Source: Geosiphon pyriformis uo1
Lineage: Eukaryota > Fungi > Glomeromycota
Reading direction: 5' to 3'
NCBI GenBank assembly: GCA_016748015.1
Contig: JAAOMT010000672.1
Coordinates: 483,752-547,751, forward strand
DNA: 64,000 nucleotides
The number at the start of each line of letters is the position of its first letter. Positions within the stretch are counted from its first letter, which is position 1. The position numbers and the translations under genes were made by a program. Below the pieces are notes generated by a model. That model ran no database searches and was not told where the DNA came from. It saw only the letters and a list, made by a program, of their open reading frames with translations. Positions 13,701-27,066 of the stretch are shown in pieces.

Positions 13701-15887
13701 TCGCAAAGACAAAATATGATCATTTTAAAATATCTACGAAGCTATGAGTGTGCTAACCATTCGTTTAAAGGGCTAATGTTTTATATATTTTTATGGATTA
13801 AAATATTTATTCTAGAGGAAATGTAATTTAAAATTTCAGTTAAATAATTAATATGTAAAAAAACTCGAATGTTTAAAATATTTGTCAACTTTAACCTTTG
13901 CCAAATGATCGTTTCAAATAAATGCTTTATAATCATTCATCTCGTTATAAGTGAATTTCCCAGCTACCACAAATCAAATTAAATCAAAAATCATGGGATT
14001 TTTATTGTACAAATAATAAACACTATATGCATGTATTTACCCACGTTTCAGTAGTATTAGTATTTAAACAATATCATTAATTTTAGTTACTTCTGAATTC
14101 TTTGCAAAAAAGAATTTTTCTTGTAAACTTGCCACCTTTTTTCCTGATCAGCTAGAGATCTTTCAATCAATTCTAGAATTATGAAGCATCATATACCATT
14201 CAATCCCAGGTTGTTAAGCATACCGAATTACTCTTGTTTCCAGACTCGAAGAATTTGTTCTTTTCCTTATGCCATGCAAAAGGTCTAAATTTTGAGTTTA
14301 ATATAAAAGGAAACTTTATATTTAATTTGAGAATATATAGAAGTCTTGGGCACTTAAAATGTTCTACATCTCATTATTAAGTATTTACTCTTAAATTAAA
14401 AATTTTGATATGAAATAAGTAGAATTATAGCAGCGAAAAGTTCATAAAAATTATTTTACATGATTATTATACAATATAAGCTTGGATTTAAATCTCTATT
14501 GAAGCAATTAAGCTACCATAATTTTTTATTTTCTACTAATATTATTCTAGATTTTCTAAAGTTTCTTATCCAAAGCATTAAGTTGAACACTCATCAATAT
14601 ACATTAAAATTTTTATAAGTTTAATTATGAGCTAATAAGCTAATGAATAAAAAAATCCAAAAAAAAATTCTAAACTTGTGCATTAGATACAAATTATAAA
14701 AGAAATAATAAAATTCAAAATGATAATTTCTCATTTTAAAAACTTTTCTAATAATAGAATTTATTATATTTTTCTCAGAACAAAACATTTGAATCCACTT
14801 GCTTCTAAAAATATATAACCACTTTCAATATCTACTTTCTTTTCAAAAGTTGGACAATTAATCAAACAGTTTTAGTTAAAGATTTCAGTTTGTGTGTTTT
14901 CATTCATTTAAAATTATATATTTCTTGAACTTTGAAATTCAGAAAAGCATTAATAAACTACAAATTTCTAGACAAAAATAAAAAATAATCGTTTTTAAAA
15001 ATTTTTTGTTAAATTCTGATTTGACTTATTGTCATTCACATCTTCATCAATCTTAATCTGTAAAAGTTATATATTTGAATACCCTTTATATGTGCATATT
15101 ATAAATATATTAAATTAAACATTATTTAACCTAAAACAGAAATTTTAAGATGAAAAGGTTTTTAATTCACTTATCTAACAATTAAATGAAATTTGTAAAA
15201 GCTTTACTATTTAAAATAAAAATTAATATAATGATACTAACTTAGCAAAATTTTTATCTAAATTAAAATATGTTTTAAAGAATTTGATAAAAATAAGTTG
15301 TTTATTTCTTTTAACAGTCTATCATTCTCAAATCAAATTAACCTTTAAAGATTTATAGGTAGTAATAAGATTTAAATAATATTAACCATGAAGAATAGCA
15401 ATTACTGAATGCATTGAATCAATAAAAGAACCATTTCAGAATACTAACCTGAGTACTTGCTAAATAATTCAAAATTTTGGAGTTTATTTTCAGTAGTTAT
15501 ATTAATTAATAGATATTTACCTACTAATTAAGACAAAAAATACTTGAAATAGTCTGAAGATTCACAAATTCAATATAATCTATAATCTATAATTATTTTG
15601 GACTGAAAATCAAGGAAATATTAATGTTTATATAATAATAGGATTTTTTTATTATATCAGCTCGTTGAAATCCAAGTTAAACTTTATGCAAAGAAATTAT
15701 ATTAAGCTTGGTATTAAGACATTTTGATAAAGAAAATTTATTCTTTATTTCTGTAAGAGTGATAAACTTCCTTGATATTACCTACCTTATGCACGATTGT
15801 TACTCAATTGCAAAATTGCAGATCGCTCAAAACCTAGCCTTTTTTTGGTAATATTTTTGCCTATATAAGTTTCATTTTTCTAAATCT

Positions 15888-17950
15888 TTGTCCCTGAACA
15901 AACCTTTTTCTAAAATATACCAAAAAACACTCATCGTTTCAACTTCAACAATTGAAAATATAACTTCCCCCCTCGACTGGCTTGAAGGAACATTGATTGT
16001 CATCAAAGAAAATTTGGCCATTTTTCTAGCTGGTGAATATTCAAAGGCTGTTCACTTGGTGAAAAATATATTGAAGCCAGTCAGAAACACTATAGAACAT
16101 TTATTCGATTGCTTGAATAATAGAAGTCAGAGCATTCGACAGACTATATTTTGCTCGGTTTTTCTTTAGAACATGAAATTGGAGCTATTCCTAATTTAAA
16201 AAAGCATTTTGAGAATCTTAGAAAACAGTGAATGCAGGGGATTATTTTGGACACTTCTCCTTAGGTTATTGCTATGATATTAAAGTCGGTCCTTTACAAG
16301 ATCGAGAAAAAGCAATTGAACTCTATTCAAAGCCAGCAGAGGTGGGAGATACAAGTGCACAATTTAATCTAGAATTTTCTTAACGAAATTTATTGGGAGC
16401 GACGAAAAGTATTTTGAACTCTATTCAAAAGCAGGCGGGAGATACAAGTATACAATAAAATCTTGGATTTTGTTATAGAAATCGAGTGGGAACGACGAAA
16501 AATCAGGAAAAAGCCTTTTGAAATCTATTCAAAAAGCAGAAGAGGCATGCAATACAAATGCACCATAAAAACTTCAATTTCGTTATAGAACTCGATTGGG
16601 AATAACGAAAGATGAGCAAAAAGCATGTTGAACTTTATTTTAAAAGCAGAAGAGAGGTGCTGTACAAACGCACCATATAATCTTCGATTTCGTTATAGAA
16701 CTCGATTGGGAATAACGAAAATTGAGCAAAAGCATTTTGAACTCTGCTAAAAGCAGGAGAGACGAGTAATACAAATACAAAATACAATTTTGGGTTTCGC
16801 TATAGAAATCGATTGGAAACAAGGAAAAATTAGGAAAAACCAATTTGAACTCTATTCTAAAAGCAGCAGAGGCGGGTAAAACAAATGCACAATACAATCT
16901 CAAAAGCAGCAGGGGGTATACAGATGCACAATACAATCTTGGATTTTGTTATAGAAATCGATTGGGAACAACGAAAAATGAACAAAAAGCATTTTGAACT
17001 TTATTTTAAAAGCAGAAGAGGTGTGCGATACAAATGCACCATAAAATCTTAAATTTCGTTATAGAAATCGATTGGGAACGACGAAAAAGTTAGTAAGAGG
17101 TGGTTACTACAAATGCACCATACAATCTTCGATTTGGTTATAGAATCGCTTGGGAACAACGAAAGACGAGCAAAAAGCAGCAGAGGCGAGTAATACAAAT
17201 GCCTAATACTATCTTGGGTATTGTTGTCCAAATCGAATGAAATGAGGTATTTTTTTTGAAGTAATATGTGTGATTTTTATTCTCCTTATTTTTTTTAGAA
17301 ACCAAAAAATGCATTGAAATAGTTTATCGCATCTTGGAAGTGCATCTTGCAAATATATCTTTGAACGGTCTGGGATAAACAAAGATATTACAACCAATGA
17401 ACTCATTGGGATTTTACCATTTGTGGGACGCGGCGACTTCAGTTTTTCTCAAAGTGAACAAAGATACTTTTATTTTGGGAAATGTTTTGTCGTATTTTTT
17501 TCAAACCACAAATGGCCTAAGGTTTGTGCATGAATTAGAACCAGTGCATGGGGGCTTGCATCTAGAAATCAAATCTATAGTCTGACGATATCTTTGGTGT
17601 TGTTAAACGCTCAGCGCCCGAACTTTGTAACCCGTCGTCACATACCAAATACAGCGATATTCATGGTTGTGCTATCATTTCCTGGAAAAATTTTCAGGAG
17701 AAAGACCGTAGAACGATATTAAAACCTTATGTACATTCAATTAGATTAAATTTAGGGAAAGCGCCCCATAATCGAAAAGCATATATTCAGGAAATGATTT
17801 TAAAAAATGGAATGGTAATCCGGATTGCCGTCATACTGCATAAGAACTTAAACAAAGAGTTATTGCTCCCCGCAACAATTGCAACTTAAACAACTTATCC
17901 GTGAAAAAAAGACAATTCTGAAGAGACACAAGATGCCACCCAAGATACAA
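15888..17950 (+). pseudogene. Sel1-like repeat plus C-terminal protein kinase (TKL-like) pseudogene
   Basis: About 16250-17240: repeated [33 protein letters not shown]-type units with frameshifts. Kinase remnants LRFVHELEPVHGGLH (17520-17560), IFGVVKRSAPEL...SDI (17590-17665), WNGNPDCR (~17810). Confidence 0.85.
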
Positions 17951-19727
17951 CAATATAATAGAAGCCAATTTATCTAAAATCCTGGATTTTCTATGGATAA
18001 ACCTTCAAATCCTGGGTTGTGTTATTAGTTATTTCAATTTATTTATTGATATTTAATATGAAATGATTTGAAACTGTTAAATAATTTGACCAAAGAATTG
18101 GTTGTTTATAATAACATTTTGGCTATAAAAAATTATAATTTATAGTTTATATATTTTTTAGTTAAGGAAATTTAAAATGTAGTTATTTAGAATCACTTAC
18201 TCCATTTTTGAGTGTGAAGGCTATTAACTGTAAAACATTTTCTTCTCAATGATATTTAAAGTTCTTTTATTTTTTGAATATAATATATTTATTTTTAATA
18301 TTTTATCCTAAATAATTATTTCAAATTGATTATAATTATGCAAATTTATTAAAGCATAAAATAGTTTATATATTTCTCAGATGAATATTAGTTAAGAATG
18401 TTATTTTAGATTTTTCTAAAAGGGGTTTAATTAAATAAACTCGTTGTTTTAATGTCATTTATTTGATAATTATTTAGAAATTTTTAATTTTTAAAGAAAG
18501 GAGAATTTATTTGAATGCTTCAAATGATATTTTATATATTTAGCGTCAGAAAATTTTATAAAAACAAATAAAAAATACCATATTTTTGAAAAAATTGATA
18601 GTGTTAAAATATTAAATGTCAAAGGAAAATCTGTAATAAAAAAAATTTAGTTTCATTTACAATATTAAAAATGGAAAGTGTTAACAAACAATTTCTATTA
18701 ATCTATTGTAATTTCTAATTTCTTCATTTATCATTATTTGGACTATTAAAATTGAAAAACACGTAAAAGATTTTTTTATTTCCAACTACAATGTATGCTT
18801 CTTAATTAAAATACACTTTGTTGTTTATTTATAAAATGTTTCATTTTAAAAAATGATTGAATTTTTATATTAATTAAAAAATATTGTATATAATCCACTT
18901 AATAGTGCATTATTTTAAAAATATTTATTGTATAATTATAGTTATTTAATAAACATTATTATTTAAAAAACACATTAAATTTTGTTGTTTTTTTATCCAA
19001 TTATTTTTGAAACAAAAAATTGATCTTTAATATTGTCAATTAATTAAAATTAAATATGTTACATAAATTTTCTTACTTCAAATAAATTTATTTGTTATTT
19101 TTTAATGATAAAAATCAGTGTTTATTCCCAGCTGAAATCCACAATGATTAACAATTGCTCACAGAAGAAGCTGAACATGAAAAAAAAGGGATAATTCGAA
19201 TATCTCGCTGTTAAAGAATTATAAACAGCCAAGAGTAAATAAAGTAATAAATATTATTTAACGCAATAATTTTCGCTATTATTTAAATAAAAAGTAATAA
19301 CTCCTAAATGTTTGCCGCGTTCAGTGTATTGTGTCCGATTTGGAAAAATATTCGAAAAAGAGTTTCTGCTTAATTAGATGCTAGAAGCTACTAAAAAACA
19401 CATTAAATATTTGAATAACTTAAAATTAGTAAAATATTTATCTTTCGCAAGGATAATCATGTTTCAAAATAATAATTGGATTTATATGACGGGTTTCAAA
19501 ATTCATCATATTTTCATTAAAAAGATATAAATGTTTGGTCTCATCTTGTTATCTTTTGAATAAATATGTATTCAGACACATGAAGGATGTGATTATCCAA
19601 ATAATGCAAAAGATCATAATACATATACAAGAAGGATTTCATTTTGTTCCAAATTAAAAGAGGATACTAGTTTCAAACCGAAATTTACAACTTTTTAAAA
19701 TTCATTGTCAAGATTTTTGTTGTTACC

Positions 19728-21233
19728 ATGTATAAGCGATGTATTAACTCTCGTCTAAATTTTAAACATCAATTTGTTACCTTTGGCTTATTAATCTTCT
19801 TTTTGATATTTCTCCACATATCATCGTTCAATTTATTTATTTTGAACATTTCACTCTCAAATCAAAAACCAATATTTCAAAATTCTGTCGTCACAATCAA
19901 AAATAAAATTTATTCCAATAAAACCAATTCCTCGTTTTTTCACCAGAAATTCTGGAAAAATATTGGACTTGAGCAAAGATCGATTCTTCATCCGCCTAAA
20001 AAACCATTCTATTCACAATATATTGGCCAAGTTATAGAGAAAATGAATCTAATAGCCAATTATTCTAATCTAGGTTTCTGTTCACGAAAAGACTACTTGA
20101 GAGCAGAAGGGCTCGATGAAAGCGAAATCCAAGGTTTGAAATTGTAAAATTAAATCCCTTATTTTTCTACAAAATTTTGAAATATTTATTATAATTTTTT
20201 AATAGTGTGGTATGATATAATATCTGAAAAATCTATCAATAGTCTAATTGTAAGTTTTTCAGGTATTTTCTCCAAAAATTTTTGTTTCGAATTATTGAAA
20301 TTAATTTCCTTCATCATACATTTGTTTAATTTCCTCTTTCTTTTTTTATAAAATTATAGGACCACAATTGACAAAAGATCAATGGGCAGCCCGAAAAATA
20401 GAATTAGTTCCCTTCAAAATCCATGGACTAAAACCAAACAAATTAATCCTGGTAGACAAATTTCTTCAGGACAAGTTTTTGCGCGTGAAAAATCAGTTTC
20501 ATACACAGCTTGCCATAGCTATTGGTACCACAACTCTCAATAAAATTATTTTTACTGGCTATGGAATTGGTGGTGGTAAGAGATCTTTAATAAAATCGTT
20601 TCTTTTACAAAGTTTCTAAAAATTAAAACAGAAATTTTTTAGCATATGCGGCTTTAAGTGGCCTAACATGGAGAATCGAATCTTATCTTGAAGATCAAGA
20701 GACTCCTGATAGCCTGGTTAAATTCTCGAATTTCGAAGTCCAAGTAATGACTTTCGGAGCTCCCCGGTTGGGAAATGTTGTTTTTGCTCAACTAACAAAC
20801 AAATTCCTCAAAATTTATCGTGTGACTCATACAAATGATCATGTCCCACAATTTCCAAGTCGTAAAATTGGAAATCACATTTTGGAACATCACGAATTAG
20901 AATTATGGATTGATTCAGTATCATGTGCATGCTCCCCCGACGCAGAATATTTTCTTTGGGAATGTCAAGGTTTTAAGCAAATATCAAAATCATGGAACCA
21001 AATTAAAATTTCAAATGAAACATTTTTTCCAGATGGTGGAAATTCTGGGGAGAATTTGGTTTGTAAAAATTTCTCTTTTTAAGAAATTTTTCGAGGCAGA
21101 TAGTTTATTTCTGAATTTAATTCTAATTTTTTTTTTAAAGGAATGCAATTCAGGACAATCAATTGCTAAAGTTTTAAGCAATTTTATACATACTGGACCT
21201 TACTTTGGAGTGAAGATGGGGTACTGTGAGTAA
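19728..21233 (+). CDS. Class-3 lipase-fold (alpha/beta hydrolase) protein, 395 aa, 5 exons: 19728-20133, 20206-20262, 20360-20575, 20643-21058, 21141-21233
   Basis: Four GT-AG introns give a continuous frame; motifs LIVSFSG, FTGYGIGGAYA, TFGAPRLGN, RVTHTNDHVPQFP, HTGPYFGV; N-terminal hydrophobic segment. Confidence 0.92.
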
Positions 21234-24200
21234 TAATGATAGCAAAAACTTTCTCAAATACAGCTTTAGTTTGAATTCCTGAAATATCTCGAAAATTCTA
21301 AAAGGTCATTTGTAGATAATTGACTTTTAAAGTAGATTTTCCGATATTAATCTCATATTTTAACATTTTTGGTCCTGTTTTCACACATCAAAATGAAAAA
21401 TTTAACAATACTCAAGAACTCAAGTTTTGAGTTCAATTGATCAATTCTATACATACTTTTATAAAAAAAACTCTCCTTAGAAGACAAAATAAAAAATGTA
21501 CTAACAACTTTTTTTTGAAATTAGTAAATTGTAACATGTTAAATTTTTTCAAAGGTTTACTTCATTAAATTTATAGGTTCAGATTAATTTATAATTTGGC
21601 TAAAAACTTTATAAGCTTATTAATTTTTTACTATTCACAACCAGAAATTCAAAACAAACCTCTAACCCAAACTCAATGTCATAACTAATTAGAATTTCAT
21701 GAAAAAATAGTGTAATCAGTCGCAACTAATTTTTTATCAGAATCATAATCTTTTGCTTTGAAATGGAACCAGTTGAAAATTTTGAAACTTTAAAAATGCC
21801 ATCTTTATTATAAACATCATTGTAAAAAATTTAAATTTCTTTATATATAAATAAAAGATTTGTTTTATTAATAATTCATATGAAAAATAATTTGTTTAGA
21901 TAAAATATTAAAATTGATTTAGTTTTTTATTTAATTGTCAAATTATATCAATTTATAATTTCTTTAAGATTGATTTTAGATATACAAGCTCTTGAAAAAA
22001 GTTTAGTAACACTTTTTTTGTAATCAGATAAATCGGCATCCGCATTAGTATTACATCTATTTTGTTTATCTGAAATAAAAGTTTTAGATTTATGAGTTTT
22101 TATTTGGTAAATTTGTTTTGAATAAAAAAATGAAAATAAAATGTTGTATAACACAAATCAAATATTTTACATAAAAATTCTTTTCAAATTATTTTCAAAA
22201 CAATTAGCTATAAATTACAAAAACACTTAAAGGTATAAATTAATATTCCTACATAAATAATCATTAAATATTATTTTAAATGTTGTCCTTTGCAATTAAA
22301 TTAAAAAATTTCGGAGAGATATGAAAAATCAAAAGCATGAACAAACTGGGGTTATAAAAGTTGGCTTTAAATGTTTTATCAAAGGCCGAAACATAAATTA
22401 TATCAATTCAATTGAGGTATTTTTTTTAAGAAATCCGTGTGATATTTGTCTTTTCTAACATTAAAACTCTTATCCATATAATTTGTTTCACATCTTCATT
22501 GTGCCTATTGCAAATCTATCATTGAATGCTATGAAATTGCAAAAGACATTATAAATTTCTTAAGCTACAAAGCCATCGACTGCCGTTGGTATACCTGGGC
22601 GATTTAATATAATTAGTAATTTACTAGAAATTTATGGCTTTGCCTTTGTTTAATTATTAATAGGTAGCTCAAAGTGAAGAACTAACATGTTCTATAAATT
22701 TATTTTCCATATAATATTAATTGTTTTATGACCAATTAATAAAATTAATAAGATTTCAAATAAATTTTTATTTTGATATTGTTAAAACGATTATATTAAT
22801 TAGAAAATATTTTACAAAATCTATGATTTAAAATTAGTATATGTAAATCTTTTCAATATTTTTGCAGAAATTTTATTAAACAAAAACTTACTATTTGTAT
22901 TTTTCAGGCAAACGATTTTTATTAATTTATTATATAAGAAAATCATCACTTGATCAATTTTTAGTATTAAGTCAGAATTTTAATTTTATTGCAATCCAAA
23001 AATCACAATGCAACATTTTAATAAAAGTAATATTGTATTCATATAACACATAATGCATAAATCTTGGTTTAAAATTTAACAAACTGAATTATTATTCAAA
23101 TACAAATTTTGATAATTATAATTTTAAATTATTTATCTGATTGTGTTTTTAAAACAAATATAAACATATTTACTGAATGTCAATGTGTGGTTTTAGTTTC
23201 TTTTTTTGAGTACTTGTGTGATAAGTTTTTTTTAAAACCCTTAATTTTAAAAGTGCAAATCGGATATTAAAGCAAGAAATTTATTATCACATGATCAATA
23301 AAATTTAAAAGAAGCCAAATCCATTAGCTAATTTTTATTTATTAAATAATACCTTTCAAAAAACCATAGCTGAATTGTTTTTTTTTTGGCTCAAAAATAC
23401 TTTTGTGAATGGATTAATTGAATTATTAACAAGACATAATAAAAATTCAAACAATTTTCAGACTAATAAAATGGAAAATGGATTATATAATCTATTATAC
23501 AGTCGGTACTGCATGTCTCTTTCTTCTGATTAATGAGTGAGATGTTTGTGGTTTTGAGTGTATCTGGCAATTTCTTGACAATGTATGTTATGTAATTTTT
23601 ACATAAGGCCTCAAGTCTATAAGGCAAAATATAATCATATAATAATAAAATTCTATGTTATATTGTTTAATTAATCTCTTGAATTTTAATTCTAATTTAA
23701 TAGCTTGTTTTTCCTTCGGAATTTATAATAGATTTAAATACTTTTTATTCCATTTATTGTAGATGTATATTCAAAAGACTAAAAAGATGATTTACAATAG
23801 TTTTTTTATTTTCAACAAAGTTTCTTGCTAGTACCGAGTTTTTTTTAAGATAAATAGATGATTAAAACTATTTTTGGTTTAGAGTAGAAGACGAATTGAG
23901 AATACATATTAAACCTGAAATTATTTGTTGCAGTTAAAGAAAATTATTAATAATTACATGGAAGAAGACTACCTAGTCTAGAAAAAGGCGAAAATTTTTT
24001 TTGCAAAAATTTTGTCAAATAAAGCTTTCTTCTTTCAAAATTTGGATGAAGTTCAAATAAAAAAAGTAATTAAATTAACCTTTTAAAATTCTCGAAAAAG
24101 GCTATTCTGTTTGAGATCAATCAATCGCTTTGATTTCCCATTTCAATGCACAATTGTTTAGTAATGATAAGATTGATTTATATAATTTTCGGATTCAAGT

Positions 24201-25339
24201 TATGATGCAGATTGGCCTGTTTTAACCTTTTTAAACTCGGTGTGTGTTGTTTTATAAACATCAATAGGAAGCAAATAAATTTTGAAAGAGAACTTCTTGT
24301 GCTTTTATCAAGCTTAAAAAATGTTTGATAATATCTGGCATTGATTTTAATATCAAATTACCAAGATCGCGGAGTCGATGAAAATAAAAGCTACAATTTA
24401 AAAGAGAAGAAAGAATAAGAAGATTTATGAGTTTTTTAACTAAAAGTAACAACGACTTATTTTGTAACAATTAAAATTAAAAAATTGGAGAATAAAATAG
24501 ATTTTGTTATAAACTTAGTTAATTATATTACTAATTTAATAAATTGTATAATTAATAAATTAATTAATTTGGTCTTAAAAATATTTTTTAAGACAGTGCC
24601 TTCTTTATTTAAAAAAAGTCTTAAGCCTGTTTTTCTTTACTAAAATTGATAAATAATAATTCAGAAAATAAAAGATTAGCAATTATTTAAATTACGATAA
24701 AAAATATAACACAATCCAATAATTAATTTAAATTAGATAAAAAAAATCTTGGCAACTAAGAAACACTAATGGAAATTAATAATAAATGCATGTAATTTGA
24801 TAACAAAAGACTTTAATATACTTTAAGATTCTTACTTAATTTAATGTTTGATAATTTTAAAGCTTAAATATTAATTATTAGAAATTAATTTTTTATAATA
24901 CTTTGTAGTATGGAAAATATTTTTTATATTTGAATTATATTAAATTTTTGCATCTTAAGTATCTTTTTTAAAAAAAAAAACTATTTCGAAATTAAGAATC
25001 CAAAGAAAATATCTCATTTTAATTTAACATAGAATAAATAAATTTTTAAAATCCAATAATCACATAAAAATTTAATGTAATATTTTATCAAAAATGTTTA
25101 TATAAAAAATTGGCATTGCAAAGCTAAAAATAAAATTTTTCGCATTTTATAATCAGAACTTTCTATTGTTACTATAAGTTATTTTTCAAAGCTTATTTAT
25201 CATGTGTTTTATATAATATACAAATTGTTTATATCTAATTATGAGACACTAAAAGTAATAAGAAGTACTGATGTGTTCAAATACTTTTTCTAGTATTCAA
25301 AAAAAAGTGTCTGAAATCTAATTCTTAACAATTAAGCAA

Positions 25340-25730
25340 AAAAAACCTAGCAAAAATAATTGAAAAATAAATATCAAAAATCTGTTGATATGTAATAAAT
25401 TAGATGTAATAGAAAAGCCTGGATTTATACAAAAACCATGAGTAAGTAGATATTCTTAGTTGTAGTAGTATCTAAGAAAGAAAAAACTTTATAATTTGTA
25501 TTAATTATCATCAGCTAAATGCAATTACAAAATGTAATATGTATTCTCTTCCAAAAGTTAATAATGCTCTTAATTAATTTGGAAGCTTAACATATTTCAC
25601 AAAAATTAATTTAACTGCTGGATTTTGGCAAATAAAAATGAATTCTGCCAATAGAAAAAAAACCATATTTATTACAAAATATAGAACTTATGAGTTTATT
25701 GTAATGCTCTTTAGATTAACAAATATATTA
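25340..25730 (+). mobile_element. Ty3/Gypsy reverse transcriptase fragment
   Basis: Eroded VVVVSKK, CINYHQLNAITK, MYSLPKV, KINLTAGFWQI, YEFIVMLFRLTN motifs. Confidence 0.8.
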
Positions 25731-27066
25731 TAAATATTATTATGTATTTTATCTTATTAAAAAATCAATATTTAATTATTAAGATTAATATTACATTTAA
25801 AGACAAAAAGATATAATTACATGTTAATAAATAAAATATTATAATAAAGCTAGCAAAATATATTTGTATATAAGAATTAAATGAGTAAAAATATGCTATT
25901 TTTGATTACAATTCATTACCAATTATCGATTGGATCACAATATATCTATTTTTAAAATATACTTTTTTATTTTATATTTATAGATTAAATTTCAATTAAT
26001 TAATAATATATATCAAAAATAATTTGTTTTTACTCTTTAATATTTTTATTTTTACCATAATTTCAACTTTTTATATTATTTTATTATTATTATTAATAAA
26101 ATAAATATTTTTTTCTTGATTATATAATAGCTTTATTTTTTTAATGTATATAAAATATAATTCAACTACTAACTATTTTTATACTACCCAAGTATTATAT
26201 ATTAAATATAAATTACTACTTAATAACTTTATATATGTTTTTATATTTTTGAATAAAAATAAAAAATTTTAGATTTTTTGACAATTTGGGATATTTTTTT
26301 AAATTTGTTACAAATTCAGAATTCATTCTCATTACCTATAAGTAAAAGTTTAATTCTGTAAATTTAAATAGTTTGATAATTAAAATTTTATATTTTTATT
26401 ATCAAAATTCTTTAATATTGCTGTCTTAATATATTTTTTACTAAATACATATAAATTATAATTTAAAATATTTTTTTAAAAAAATTTATAGAAGCTTATT
26501 TGTTTATTTTTGCTTTACTTGGTTTTTTTTAGTTTTATATTGCTTTAACATTAAAAAGCTTTTTAAATATAATATTTTTGTCATAATTTTTGCATACTTA
26601 TTTAAAAGATGAATTTTTATATTACATAAATTAATATAATCAAAAAAGCAAGAAATATTTTAACAAAAATAATTTATTCTAAAAATTTTTTGATGTTTTT
26701 AATATTTTTTTATAATTACATATATAGTACTCTCGAAAAGTAATAGTAAAATTTTACAGCACATAAATTTTATTATGATCTAATTAGCTATTGTTAAAAT
26801 ATTTTAAGTAATAACTTGTATATATATATATTTCATGCTACTATTTTTATTTTTTAAAACAAAATTGTTTTGATTAATAATGTATTTTATTTCTTATAAA
26901 TAAAAATAATTCCTGTAAAATTCAATTATGAAGTCATTAAAAGATTTTGGCAACAAAGTTATCAAAATCTAACAAATATATAAGACAACTTTATAAAAAT
27001 AGTCTAATTTAAACAATTTATTATTTAGATTATCTACAAAAAACTTTACCAAAAATGCATTACCAG

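Noticed and set aside
16640-17406. Minus-strand hydrophobic ORFs
   Set aside because: Antisense of the Sel1 repeats.
21900-25200. Short ORFs and coding-like patches
   Set aside because: No recognisable motif or consistent exon structure.
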